This document shows, piece after piece, positions 41,601-50,124 of a stretch of DNA of 64,000 bases (positions are counted from its first letter, which is position 1; each line of letters starts with the position of its first letter). The notes beneath the pieces were generated by a model. The model made no database searches. It saw only the letters and a list, made by a program, of their open reading frames with translations, and was not told the origin of the DNA. The stretch is taken from the IMG/VR virus record IMGVR_UViG_3300034117_001582, positions 62,001-126,000 of that record. One strand, 5' to 3'. The position numbers and the translations under genes are program-made.

Positions 41601-42087
41601 TAAATGTGTCGACAATCGTATATTCTCCACTTCCAACGGTGTTTATAGTTTTATCATTATTAATATAATAAACACTATCACCGTAATCGGCTCTATTATT
41701 TTGTGGTTTATAAACATTTTTTACAATATTTTGTAATTCAGAGTTGTTTCCAATTAATTCTAAATCACTTTTAAATGTGTCGGCAAAACCATATTCACCT
41801 TCATTTGTTTTGTAATTACGGTTAATATTGATTTTAACCATGTCTCCGTAAGAATTTTTGTTTTCAGGACCATATTGATTGATTGGGTATATTAATCTCT
41901 CCTGTTGGTCTCCAATAACTTCTACGGGAACTGAATCAACTATAGAATAGTCTAAAATTCTAAATTCGTCGGCAGCAGGCTTATCACCACTACTGAACAC
42001 ACCATCCACTTTGTAAGCAGGTAGATTACGTACCAATAGTTTTTTTCTAAAGTTTTCTGACGAATTAAATGATAGTGGACTTTCCAT
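35641..42087 (-). CDS. large tail-tube initiator / baseplate protein with N-terminal repeats and an internal OmpA-like domain
   Basis: Tube-initiator-like halves (FLGRPEPIYTYSNTSR; PPICVLRVGDFF...QPMIADV) flank GSAS...YNINLSKRRIDSV; the gene lies directly after tape measure. Confidence 0.65.
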   Translation of the reverse strand: MESPLSFNSSENFRKKLLVRNLPAYKVDGVFSSGDKPAADEFRILDYSIVDSVPVEVIGDQQERLIYPINQYGPENKNSYGDMVKININRNYKTNEGEYGFADTFKSDLELIGNNSELQNIVKNVYKPQNNRADYGDSVYYINNDKTINTVGSGEYTIVDTFNSNLFQIGNNSEVEHKVLNKYKPSSGTFGGFGDTKYEINDVLTLPSSFRQIFGYGITYTDNSELEQVGNTQEAVLITKNKYSPENSNQYGDTKYSINNDLILGSNQGEYDYGDTIGDELELKGVSIRPTLFTNNQYRPEGGQSVFEVEPYRIQKNLIIGSGNYDYSDTIGSDLEFEGKADRPILIASNQYGPDNPIKGEAPINRNLQTKSNEGEYGYPDTVSSELEVVGVDERKPTFLQNPWGPEGNQSSEEVDPYRKLKNLTINQGNYDVTDTNQNELEFVGGVKETEAYVKNKYVTGNGDYEVLTIKDIQYTTTGLPYANSDSTFVFIPSTYTPVNILLSDNPNGSDGSLSQDSQLAALGAKQLQKEFKHRVALELLQQTLGRVNLLNSNVNPDTGEVSAKPNLDPFNAIGLLTGNIPIIARNYSITNPDLFLGQAINFAAKLAGTYSPYSYIPGEYFDYPNSKGNGPFKNPLSLVGGALGALFSVLQPANQSSSELLVEYTSVATRSLLYDQIRYNPYRPNYKIGNNLLAPKGVFYVGDRKNSITESISPFEQLPLNKDGSGSSNGPVLSYGNVGKLYESDQLTGSLFGLNTRNFYSSGAKDTSTWASVNIVGGLTWVSKMGKGSKNYTLPGKLQGRGGVDFTDESDFNFDRISSGYDPSQSTKYEFTPGSILDVTQKLVDAGNQSPNKLEHVGNAINQVSKVFNDGYQELTKGSRVIRYTTKNSVPGGAVEGLEYCRVFTKDRPYYTFDELQKPDGNIRKYTNSVLDSTFNLNIAPMGGVDSTNIKNGKVKKYMLSLENLSWRTSNRPGYTYEDLPDCEKGPNGGRIMWFPPYDLTFDESINTSWKDNTFLGRPEPIYTYSNTSRKGNISFKVIVDHPSIMNVLVNKELENESSNETINQVIDSFFAGCTKYDLYDLVKKFPMFTPNDVYEVQLLNTPEDVETFTETLPNNIVEQEVETFTAPTITTTESAPCTEWKINVGLVTTDISYTDCSGTLVTLTGLTSTATTICVKSTTTPSFTTPDATNTVTNTTTPCSTPPTVTSTPPETTEAPIDDQFPEVGFYFHNDFPDPNDNRVTASNDYNFWLTKYKELKTKYLTTGGSDGTRNFGKARNKIIKYGDAGYVDYTNFVLSGSSELKIKYLDAYVDTRIVKVDEFFTFINSEFEEAKRFIKKISEALDAGETVSFDLLGSASAITDEAYNINLSKRRIDSVMQWIFKQVTPNGKKLVDFTTGANKKLIITTKATGEGGPLIEETYSAINCNKNYVSNSNEGTVSVNAMACRRARIIKTFISNNNTATPTTTVTTETSPTNNDGTTSAIDPAPQNNSSGVETKPVNTVTETPAFVNQAQTGKTETNIDPPSSSLTKPPAGKVAPKRRADLTKRLARKLLTECNYFEMVKRENPMIYDGIKSKIKHFHPVFHSITPEGLNARLTFLQQCMRPGDTIPTVSMDGNNTKLIYNDVTNSVFGAPPICVLRVGDFFHTKIVIDSLSIGYEDGRFDLNPEGIGVQPMIADVKLGFNFIGGHGLAGPIASLQNALSFNYYANTEMYDERAESTEDVTSQYDAELFESIKNEVGVIESDDNRENTTNGGVPIGVPITTNLDANNLNLVSGTISYTDIMKQLIDSTKSSLTTTIDTLEKINNEFLLGGLQIFTKDKKYVDGYIGVGTTDNVKIFGKSSKTQEKVENLVKLANKDVDDNTCPLLDGLELEDLANPQKRKIKKHIQTLIDNKSPLLIGELNNYSTQISNEELKLINIIDKINYVSNAHDGYITNKGKVIVYNISGTTQITPPNKATVTNTLQELLADSEEIKNDIGKFYNELTNNIIPSGNTEYNDSFTFDSYFNDSNTNGVPSYNRFFMLFGKEIIDDPTKFVQGCVDNGLPNANDEDKKKWFDFLSKNVNEELVKNYKNSKTETDKHFKKFKDDYFKNNFNTYKTTFTSKKRIMTYEIILTSTAPYDEDLKKIYSDSNSSGDKFNLKKTFT
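40695..41950 (-). repeat. about 7-8 degenerate ~55-aa protein repeats
   Basis: Recurrent [NS]xG[EN]Y...DT..S[ED]LE..G...N[KQ]Y.P units. Confidence 0.8.
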
Positions 42088-42125
42088 TTAGTCTTTTTAT
42101 CATAAATAGATTATTTATTGTTTTT

Positions 42126-44075
42126 TCATTTAGAAAGAACACCTTGTTGTCTTTTATAACTATCAAGTTTATAAAGAACGGTATCCATTAGTTGTTTTTG
42201 TATTCTTGGGTCACTAAACATTTTTTCAACGTCACCAGCCTTATCTCCCGATACCGCACCCGTTACGTTAATATTGATATCTATTTTACCATCAACAGAC
42301 GCATTACCACCACCCGTATTATTTGTTGAGGCCATACTTGACATAATTTCATTTAATTTGCCAGATTTATTAAATGCCTCTGTAAGATTTGTACCAATAG
42401 CAACATCATCACCTACAATACCCTTATAAAGCGTACCTTCAGACATTAGTTGGGGGGCCCTTCCTGACGAACTTAAAAACATATCATTACCACTTATTGT
42501 TGGAGTTGCACCAGTTATTGTATTACTAATAGCGGCACCTGTGTTTCTAATTACCCCTTTTATTGCCCCTTGTTTCAAAGGGTCTTCAGGGTTACCATAC
42601 CCTGTCGTTTGATTTATTGCAGTATTAAATCCCGTACCTAACGCACTAATTGCTGGAATCATAGTCGCACCAACTTCTTTACCAATATCTTTACTAGCTT
42701 CCGTTAATGCCGATTTTGCCGTGTTATTACTTTCTCTAATAGTTTCCTCTAAACTTGCTCTTTGATTTTTATCTAACCCTAAAACAACCGCATTTTTAAT
42801 AATATTCACATCTTTTGCTTGAGTTTCGGTTAATGACATCTGCGCTTGAGCAATTTGTTTCTCACTAAGTAGTGATTGGTCATTATATTCTTTTAATTTT
42901 TTAACAAATTCAGGGTCTTTCATCATGTCTTCTAAACTTTGATTACCCTCTTCATAACCAGGTAAATCTACAGTAACTTTTCCACTTTTATCTATTTGAG
43001 CCAAACTCGCCAAAACACCTTTAGACGAATCGTCTAAACCACTAAGATCAAATTTAGATGATATAAAATCCATTTTAGCTGCTTCTCTTCCCGCCTCCAC
43101 TAATTCGTCAAAATTAGCTCCAGTTATATCTGCTTGTTCTCTTAATTTATACAAATCTTGGGTTGAGGCCTCAAACCCACCGGTGGCCTTATTAAATGCA
43201 AATGAAGATTTAGTCGCATTAACTAATTCTTTTTGTAATCCAGCCATATCTGTTTGAGCCATATGCATCAATTGAAACGGGTCACTTAATTTACCCATAG
43301 CTCCACCTAACATTTGCATACCTGCGGCAGCTTGAATAGCCCCTTCAGGTGTTAAAATCTTTGCTTGGAATTTTGCTGCCCCTATTTTTTCTATTGATGA
43401 TCTTAAAAGTAACGCCTCTTTAGCCATCGACTTAACCCCTTCGATACCCGTTTTAAAACCAAAACCATTCATAAGTTTCATATTACTAGAAACTTCTTTC
43501 ATGTAACCCTTAGTATTTAAACCAACTTTTCTTGCTTCCAGTGCCAAGCTACTCATCATTGTTGTCGCTTCTTTTTGGTTACCGTTAAACCTAACCATAC
43601 TAGTTACCATCTCACCAACCTCCTCATTTGACAATCCGGTACTTTGTGATAACTCAACCATAGAAGTTAAAACGTCAACACTTGGGTTAACCATTCTACC
43701 CATACCTGCAGCTAATGCGCTCATAGATTTAGCGGCGTCTTCAAAAGTTGCCCCTATATCTTGAGTGAGTGTAAATGTATCCATTAACTTATTTCTAAGT
43801 TCGGAAGTGTTTTCAATAAGTTTACCTTGGGCATTTATGTATGAATAAGCAAACCCACCCATACTTTTTTGAATGGCTAACGCGGAATCTTCCATATGGG
43901 TAAACGCCTTAACAGCATTTTCCATCGGTTTTAATAATTCCGTGGCACTAAAAACGTAATCCTTAAATGCCGTTCCTAAATCTTTTATTTGATCCCCAAA
44001 ACCTTGACCTTGTGAATATGGATCACTAGTTGACGCATTTCCTTGGGTGTTAACTTGACTTCCTCCAAAAAACAT
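42126..44075 (-). CDS. tail tape measure protein
   Basis: Ala/Met/Gly-rich helical 649-aa protein directly downstream of the tube and chaperone genes. Confidence 0.75.
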   Translation of the reverse strand: MFFGGSQVNTQGNASTSDPYSQGQGFGDQIKDLGTAFKDYVFSATELLKPMENAVKAFTHMEDSALAIQKSMGGFAYSYINAQGKLIENTSELRNKLMDTFTLTQDIGATFEDAAKSMSALAAGMGRMVNPSVDVLTSMVELSQSTGLSNEEVGEMVTSMVRFNGNQKEATTMMSSLALEARKVGLNTKGYMKEVSSNMKLMNGFGFKTGIEGVKSMAKEALLLRSSIEKIGAAKFQAKILTPEGAIQAAAGMQMLGGAMGKLSDPFQLMHMAQTDMAGLQKELVNATKSSFAFNKATGGFEASTQDLYKLREQADITGANFDELVEAGREAAKMDFISSKFDLSGLDDSSKGVLASLAQIDKSGKVTVDLPGYEEGNQSLEDMMKDPEFVKKLKEYNDQSLLSEKQIAQAQMSLTETQAKDVNIIKNAVVLGLDKNQRASLEETIRESNNTAKSALTEASKDIGKEVGATMIPAISALGTGFNTAINQTTGYGNPEDPLKQGAIKGVIRNTGAAISNTITGATPTISGNDMFLSSSGRAPQLMSEGTLYKGIVGDDVAIGTNLTEAFNKSGKLNEIMSSMASTNNTGGGNASVDGKIDININVTGAVSGDKAGDVEKMFSDPRIQKQLMDTVLYKLDSYKRQQGVLSK

Positions 44076-44102
44076 ATTTTTTATTTAATAAATATAATTT
44101 GA

Positions 44103-44265
44103 TTATGTTTTCTGCGTTTCTTCTATTAGTTTTTCAATAAAATACTTACGTTCAAATGTTGGCATAATCATAATGTCACTATATGAAAAATGACAATGTT
44201 TTGCCAAATAATACATCTCATCCAATAGATGTTTTTTATATTGAGAAGAAAGGACGAAAAAATTC
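44103..44265 (-). CDS. tail chaperone 'T' segment (gp51-like), probably expressed as a frameshift fusion
   Basis: LLDEMYYLAKHCHFSYSDIMIMPTFERKYFI; overlaps the end of the chaperone in the +1 frame across GAA TTT TTT CGT. Confidence 0.65.
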
Positions 44266-44994
44266 AGCCCCAAAGGCAACATCAAATGTTATCTTTTCTC
44301 CTGACGGGGCTACTACAGTTTTATTTAAATCTATTTTTGGTTCACAATCTTTTAAAAATTTTCTTAAATCTTTAGAATCGGATATGGGCATTTGATTAAT
44401 AAACTCACTAATTTTCATCCTATCGGTTTCACCTTCAATTTCAATTATATGTTTTTCTAATCTTTTGGTAACCACAGGAGCAATTAACCCGCTTGGGTAT
44501 TGACTCTCTAATTTATCTAAATCTCTTTGGTCCCCTAAAGTCAACAACCTAACCTTAACGTTTTTTTTACTCTTAGGCAACATAAAACTAAAATACCCTT
44601 GTTCATTTGCTTCATGTAATGGTTTAATATAATTTAATTCATCTATTAATATTGTTGTTTCAAATTGTATGTTAGTTTTTGGGTCAATAAAGGTATAATT
44701 ATATTCACCTCCAAATGACGTATTTCTCAAAAAGATTAATACCGCTTGAACATCAACATCAATCATACTATTAACGTCAAACCCAGGTTCATAAATTTTA
44801 TTTTTTAAAAGGTTATATATTAAACCATCTTTTGCAATATTTTGAGACATTAACAAATTTTCATCCGAAGCGGTTAAAAACCCAACTTTTAACGATTCTT
44901 TTTTTGGTTTATAAAATATTCCTTTGGACGGTAAAGAAACCACATCGTGTGGTAGGTTAAAGTCCATTTGTCCGTATTGTGCAGATTGATCCAT
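44236..44994 (-). CDS. tail/baseplate-hub assembly chaperone (T4 gp26-like)
   Basis: VSLPSKG.FY, LTASDENLL, DVQAVLIFLR..SFG, F.LPKSK and a C-terminal FFRP; lies between tube and tape measure. Confidence 0.8.
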   Translation of the reverse strand: MDQSAQYGQMDFNLPHDVVSLPSKGIFYKPKKESLKVGFLTASDENLLMSQNIAKDGLIYNLLKNKIYEPGFDVNSMIDVDVQAVLIFLRNTSFGGEYNYTFIDPKTNIQFETTILIDELNYIKPLHEANEQGYFSFMLPKSKKNVKVRLLTLGDQRDLDKLESQYPSGLIAPVVTKRLEKHIIEIEGETDRMKISEFINQMPISDSKDLRKFLKDCEPKIDLNKTVVAPSGEKITFDVAFGAEFFRPFFSI

Positions 44995-45039
44995 AATTGT
45001 TTTTTATTAAAAAATAAACGATTAAAACTCTTAGTAAAT

Positions 45040-45068
45040 AAAAAATCCCACCTATTATAGATGGGATT
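45040..45068 (-). terminator. rho-independent terminator after the tail tube gene
   Basis: Minus strand AATCCCATCTA-taa-TAGGTGGGATT followed by a T run. Confidence 0.75.
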
Positions 45069-45089
45069 AGAAAATATTTTATTTTTATT

Positions 45090-45578
45090 TTAGTATACCA
45101 AGATACATCTATCAGGTCTAAGTGTCGCTTTAACTGTAATTAATCCGTCTTCACTATATCCTAATGAATCAAAATCTACGTTTGTTAAAAAACAACCTTG
45201 TAATATCCACTTTTCAACGGCCACACCTGTTGGGTCCAACATTTCTAAATCAACATCTTTCTTATAACCTGCAGCATAACCCATACGACCTGTAACGGAT
45301 TCAGCATGTAAACGAACCCACTCCATAAGTGCTTGAGCGGCTGAAGGTCCAATTGGGTCACGAAAAGTAACGTCAATTGCTCCCCAATTAAAACGACCAG
45401 CAACATATGTTGATGTATTTAAGAATGGTATTTCAACCTCTTTGATTTCGATTTTTGGTCTTGTTGTGGATTCCACATACCAAGAATTGATTCCCAAAGA
45501 AGAAGGGAAAGTGATTATAAACCTATTTTTTCTTTTTGGTTCATACTGAAAGGGCATTTTCATTAATAAATCAGCCAT
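45090..45578 (-). CDS. tail tube protein (T4 gp19-like)
   Basis: EPKRKNRF, YVAGRFNW..I.VTFRDPI, YKKD..LEMLDPTG..VEKW.L.GCF. Confidence 0.9.
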   Translation of the reverse strand: MADLLMKMPFQYEPKRKNRFIITFPSSLGINSWYVESTTRPKIEIKEVEIPFLNTSTYVAGRFNWGAIDVTFRDPIGPSAAQALMEWVRLHAESVTGRMGYAAGYKKDVDLEMLDPTGVAVEKWILQGCFLTNVDFDSLGYSEDGLITVKATLRPDRCILVY

Positions 45579-45695
45579 ATTGTGTGTATTTAAATTTCTT
45601 TTATTTTTCTAATAAATATATCGTATTTATTTTTTTTCTATTTACTTCCATTTTTATTTCGAATATTCTTTAACTAGAACCGGAATTAATAATTA

Positions 45696-46571
45696 TTAAA
45701 CTTCTTTTTTATTACCTCCTTTAGTTAAATATGTTTTAACTGGATTTTTTTCATACTCTTTTTCTAAAAATCCTTTCATCTTTTCTATATTTCTTTCATC
45801 ATCATCTGAAAATCCAATTATAGGTTCAATTTCATTATTTACTATATCATTCTTGAAAAAAGCTTTTTCCCCAATTTCTTGAGCCATTTCTTTACAATAA
45901 CCAATAAAGTTTCTCATCGCTTTAATTTTTCCTTCTTCAGGATTTGAAGCATCTCCGTCACCAAAAGTAACAGGTTCAAAACGACACAAATTCAAATATT
46001 CATTTAATTCGTTCTTTGTAAGGGTTGTGATGGTTTTACCGTCTACATTAACATCACCACCTAAATTACGATACCTTTTAAGATTAGTCGATAATGTCTT
46101 ACTATTAATACCTAAATGATTACCCATAATAAGATTATATACCGCTTCTCTTAACGTCTTTGGGTTGTGTCCTCTAGCCGTAATGATTGCAAATATTGAG
46201 CCCCCGTTAATACACTCTACAAAATCGTTCCATGAAGGTCCTGGTTGAGCTAACATAGAGTCTAACACAAATCTCTTATCACCTTCTGACCTGAAGTTTC
46301 TAAATGGATTAGGTGCAAAATCTACAATAGCGGTCCCCTTATAATTAAAGGGTTCTTTACCTATCTGTTGCCTGTGTTCAGCAAAGTCTTCAGTAGACAT
46401 TGGGACCTCATCGTCTTTATCAGACAATAAAATAATTGAGGTAGGCATAAATAAAATATTATCATCCCAATCGAATGCATAATATTTTGTATCAGGTCTA
46501 CCCTCATCTGTGAAACCTTCATTTAAATTAGTCTTATTAAGATAATTAAAAACGTGTTTTCTAATGTTCAT
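45696..46571 (-). CDS. HAD-superfamily phosphatase
   Basis: Motif I AFDWDDNI, motif II IITARG, motif III Lys (EEGKIK) and motif IV FSDDDERN. Confidence 0.7.
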   Translation of the reverse strand: MNIRKHVFNYLNKTNLNEGFTDEGRPDTKYYAFDWDDNILFMPTSIILLSDKDDEVPMSTEDFAEHRQQIGKEPFNYKGTAIVDFAPNPFRNFRSEGDKRFVLDSMLAQPGPSWNDFVECINGGSIFAIITARGHNPKTLREAVYNLIMGNHLGINSKTLSTNLKRYRNLGGDVNVDGKTITTLTKNELNEYLNLCRFEPVTFGDGDASNPEEGKIKAMRNFIGYCKEMAQEIGEKAFFKNDIVNNEIEPIIGFSDDDERNIEKMKGFLEKEYEKNPVKTYLTKGGNKKEV

Positions 46572-46708
46572 TACTTTTTAAGTTTTTCTAATAATTTTTC
46601 TAACTGAGCCTCAGTAATGATAATGTTTTGTTTTTTATTAGAAAACGTTTTTTTACCTTGTTGGGTATACCCTAAAGATTCTTTGATTAATTTTTTTTCA
46701 ATTTTCAT
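46571..46708 (-). CDS. 45-aa basic protein (not in the ORF track)
   Basis: MKIEKKLIKESLGYTQQGKKTFSNKKQNIIITEAQLEKLLEKLKK*; TATTTAT lies 14 nt upstream and a TAATG overlap couples it to the HAD gene. Confidence 0.7.
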   Translation of the reverse strand: MKIEKKLIKESLGYTQQGKKTFSNKKQNIIITEAQLEKLLEKLKK

Positions 46709-46734
46709 GGTTTTCTTTTTCTATAAATATATAA

Positions 46735-46756
46735 TGGGGGATATTTCTACCCCCCA
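46735..46756 (-). terminator. GC-rich hairpin after the tail sheath gene (terminator or stabiliser)
   Basis: Minus strand TGGGGGGTA-gaaa-TATCCCCCA with only a weak U tract. Confidence 0.5.
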
Positions 46757-46779
46757 CTCTATTTTTTTATTGTTTTTTA

Positions 46780-49700
46780 TTATACGTCATCAAAAGATGC
46801 CCCAGTCGGTGTAATCACAAACTCGATGTCTATATATTCTAACGCTCTTGTTGGTTTCAAGAAGATTTTACCTGTTAAAGTATTTGAATCTAAATCTTCA
46901 GGTGTGTTTGAAACCGTTACACGGAAGTCAATTAAACCTCTATCTCTTCTAATTGAATCCAAAATTGGGTTAACAGAATCCAAGAAGTCTTGTCTAACTT
47001 TGTTGTCGTTTTGTTCAAACAATAATCTAACCGCTACCGCTGAAATCAATTTACGAGCTTGTAACAACAATCTTCTAACGTTGATTCTGTCAAGTGCAGA
47101 TTCTTTAATTTGCATTGTTTTGTTACCCCAAATTACGGTACCAACATCAGAGAAGGTTGCAATTGGGTTAATTCTACCCTTGTATAAAGTATCTCTATCG
47201 TCTTGTGTTAACTTACGTCTTGCTCTAATTGCATTTACTAAACCTCTTGTGTAACCTGCAGATGCAAACCAAGGGAATGCTATGTTATCAGTCAAAGCTA
47301 AATTTTTAACAACTTCAGATGTTGGTGGAATATAGATTTGTGTGTTGTTAACAGCATCTCTCGTTAATACCCAAGGGTAATAAGTTGCGGTGTAGTTAGA
47401 GTCAATTCCAGTGTTTTCTAAATTATCAACAACTTCTTGAGGATAAATTAAACCTTCTTCAATATCTTGATATGACGGTAAGAACAAATTAAAGTCAGGG
47501 GTTGTTGCAATGTAGATTGAATCCGCTCTTTCTGTTTCAATCATATCAATAGCATCTTCAACCAAGTTTGAGTTATTTACATAATCAATACCTGGCGTTG
47601 CAAATATATTGATGTTTGTTGCTTCAGGGTTTGCAAAAGTTGACTGACCCCATTTGTATGCGTAGTAGTCAGTATTTGCCCAACTTTCTTGGTTAGGTCC
47701 TGAAATCGCTTTGAATGCTCCCCATCCTGTTGCTGTTGGGTATGTTACTGATGCTGCCGCTCCGTTTTTAAACCCTGTTTGACCTAATGCGAATGTGTCA
47801 GCATTTGTTCTATATTCTCTATAGATATCCCATCCGTCAAATCCACCGTAAGCGAGTACTGTGAATTTACGAGTATTCAATCTGTAGTAAGGATTTTCAC
47901 TATCTGTTGGTTCAGAATTAAATGACCCAACACCAACTTCAAATGCTGATTGTCCTGATGTTGCATAACCATTAGTGATTGTTACAACTGTTGCTCCACT
48001 ATCCATGTGGAACCCTTTAGTTAAATAACCCCAAGCCATACCTGTAGTATCAGTCGCAATGTTAGCTGGTAATTGTTTTCCTTTGTATTGGAAGAAGTCG
48101 TAATCAAAACCTGTAATATTAGAAATACCTAAATACGCTTTTCTTACATTTTCACCACTTGATATAACTGGATTATCACCACCGTTAGATGAACCAAAAG
48201 GTGGGTTATAAATAGTTTCACCTGCCGTGTAATATTTAGTTTTATAATTTACATATGGCGGAGTTGCGTTTGCATATTCTCTTGAAATGTATCCTTCAAA
48301 TCCACAAGGTAATGCGTCAATTGGTGCCTCATCGTTCATCTCTAACATTACGTATTTAGATTTAACTTGATATTCACCGTTTGATGTTCCAATTTTATTA
48401 GCTACATAATTGTTATTTGTTGGATCCATAGAACAATTTGTGAAACTTTCAATAACTCTTACATTTTGGTCATTATCAAAGAAATCACGAATAAACACAT
48501 CAAATGTTCCATTATTAAATGAAATATTACCAATAGACATTTTAACTTGAGTGTTAGCATTATTACCATCAGATATAAGAACAAATTTAAATAATTTATA
48601 AACTGTGTTACCTCTAAGTTCTGAAACCATAAAAGGAGTTTCAGGTGTTTGATATTGTTCTAAATAAAAACCAATTGAATCAGTATCTAATGATTCTGCA
48701 CTGTCTAGTTCAATTAAATTACAATTTAACCCTCTAATTTGGCCCGCTCGATAACCAGTTAATAATAAACTTGAGTATGTTTCTTCAACAAATAATGGAA
48801 CCTCTGTTCTGTTTTTACCAAAGTTACTTCCACCAAACACTTTTCTAATGAATTTTGTATCTGTTGATTGCATTGATGTCTCAAATTCAAAAACATCTCC
48901 ATCGTAACTAACCCCTGAAATTGAGAATGGTGAGAATGGGTTTTTAGTTACCGCCGAATATGCTCCTGTACAAATCATATTAACATCGGTTAAACCTGTA
49001 ACTTCATAACTTGGTCCGTGTTGTGTTGAGTTGTAATTTGTTATACCTCGAGATCTTAATGTTGCTACTACTAATTCGTCGTACGCCGTGTAAGGTGTAC
49101 CTGAATAGTTAGTAATGTAAAATTTAGCAGAACCTGAGTAGTTTCCACCTGCACCTGATAAAGATCCTAACGAACAACCAAAACCTTGTCCATAATAATA
49201 ATTAGTCGCTACGTTTTGGTAATTAAATAAACCATAGAACCAAGCATCATTAAGACCACTAGTTGAACTAGTTGTTGGGTTTAATGTTCCTCCACTTGCC
49301 GATGTTACCCCAAAGTTTTCAGTAAACGCGGTCACTGTATTTACAGACCCACCTGTGATAAGATTAAATGTACCACCACTAACAATACCCCAAAAAGTTG
49401 AGGTTGTTCCTGTTCCTGCCGTACCAGCCAAATTAATTTGGTTAGATAAATATGTTGTTAAATCATCATTGATTGTTGATGTTCCTCCATTAAATTCCGT
49501 ATAAGTATTATAAAAATTACCATTAACATTTAATGATGAGTCTACACTAGTAAGTGTTACGTTTGCACTTGTACCTGTTGTTCCCGTAAATAAAACATAA
49601 ACAGGGCCGGTATTACCTGTAGCAGCAATAGTTGCCGGATTAACATTAGCGATTGTTGTAATAGACCAAGATGGTCCCGCATCGTAACCTGACAATCCAA

Positions 49701-49989
49701 GTACTCTTGTAACAAACAATTGATTTGATTGTTGTAAATATGCTTTAGTAATATATCCTAATTCATATTTAGGTATTTGTGTGTTTACAAATTTTTCAGG
49801 ACTAGTTCCTCCAAAATAGACTTGGAATTCGTCAAAATTTGTAATAAAAATTGGTTCGAAAGCTGGTCCTTGTAGCGTTTCCCCTACAACTCCCAATGTT
49901 GTTACACCCACACTCTGTGCAACAAACGTTAAGTCTCTTTCGGATGTATAAACTCCAGGTGAAACAAAAACTTTGTTAGATGATGCCAT
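46780..49989 (-). CDS. tail sheath protein (T4 gp18-like)
   Basis: VFVSPGVYTSERD, GPAFEP, YTATYYPW, PWFASAGYTRG, INPIATF and WGNKT...SALDRINVRRLL. Confidence 0.97.
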   Translation of the reverse strand: MASSNKVFVSPGVYTSERDLTFVAQSVGVTTLGVVGETLQGPAFEPIFITNFDEFQVYFGGTSPEKFVNTQIPKYELGYITKAYLQQSNQLFVTRVLGLSGYDAGPSWSITTIANVNPATIAATGNTGPVYVLFTGTTGTSANVTLTSVDSSLNVNGNFYNTYTEFNGGTSTINDDLTTYLSNQINLAGTAGTGTTSTFWGIVSGGTFNLITGGSVNTVTAFTENFGVTSASGGTLNPTTSSTSGLNDAWFYGLFNYQNVATNYYYGQGFGCSLGSLSGAGGNYSGSAKFYITNYSGTPYTAYDELVVATLRSRGITNYNSTQHGPSYEVTGLTDVNMICTGAYSAVTKNPFSPFSISGVSYDGDVFEFETSMQSTDTKFIRKVFGGSNFGKNRTEVPLFVEETYSSLLLTGYRAGQIRGLNCNLIELDSAESLDTDSIGFYLEQYQTPETPFMVSELRGNTVYKLFKFVLISDGNNANTQVKMSIGNISFNNGTFDVFIRDFFDNDQNVRVIESFTNCSMDPTNNNYVANKIGTSNGEYQVKSKYVMLEMNDEAPIDALPCGFEGYISREYANATPPYVNYKTKYYTAGETIYNPPFGSSNGGDNPVISSGENVRKAYLGISNITGFDYDFFQYKGKQLPANIATDTTGMAWGYLTKGFHMDSGATVVTITNGYATSGQSAFEVGVGSFNSEPTDSENPYYRLNTRKFTVLAYGGFDGWDIYREYRTNADTFALGQTGFKNGAAASVTYPTATGWGAFKAISGPNQESWANTDYYAYKWGQSTFANPEATNINIFATPGIDYVNNSNLVEDAIDMIETERADSIYIATTPDFNLFLPSYQDIEEGLIYPQEVVDNLENTGIDSNYTATYYPWVLTRDAVNNTQIYIPPTSEVVKNLALTDNIAFPWFASAGYTRGLVNAIRARRKLTQDDRDTLYKGRINPIATFSDVGTVIWGNKTMQIKESALDRINVRRLLLQARKLISAVAVRLLFEQNDNKVRQDFLDSVNPILDSIRRDRGLIDFRVTVSNTPEDLDSNTLTGKIFLKPTRALEYIDIEFVITPTGASFDDV

Positions 49990-50023
49990 GTTTTAATTAG
50001 TATTTAAATTTTTATTTTATTAT

Positions 50024-50030
50024 ATAAATA
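50024..50030 (-). promoter_or_regulatory. TATTTAT phage promoter-like motif (representative copy, upstream of tail sheath)
   Basis: The same 7-mer lies on the sense strand in about 19 intergenic positions upstream of starts; the full list is in the findings. Confidence 0.65.
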
Positions 50031-50124
50031 CCTTGTTAAAACACAAAAAACTTTCCCCTAGCGTAATATTTATCAAAAGGTAAGAAAAAATTCTACCTTT
50101 TTTCTGCCTATATAATTTCACACT

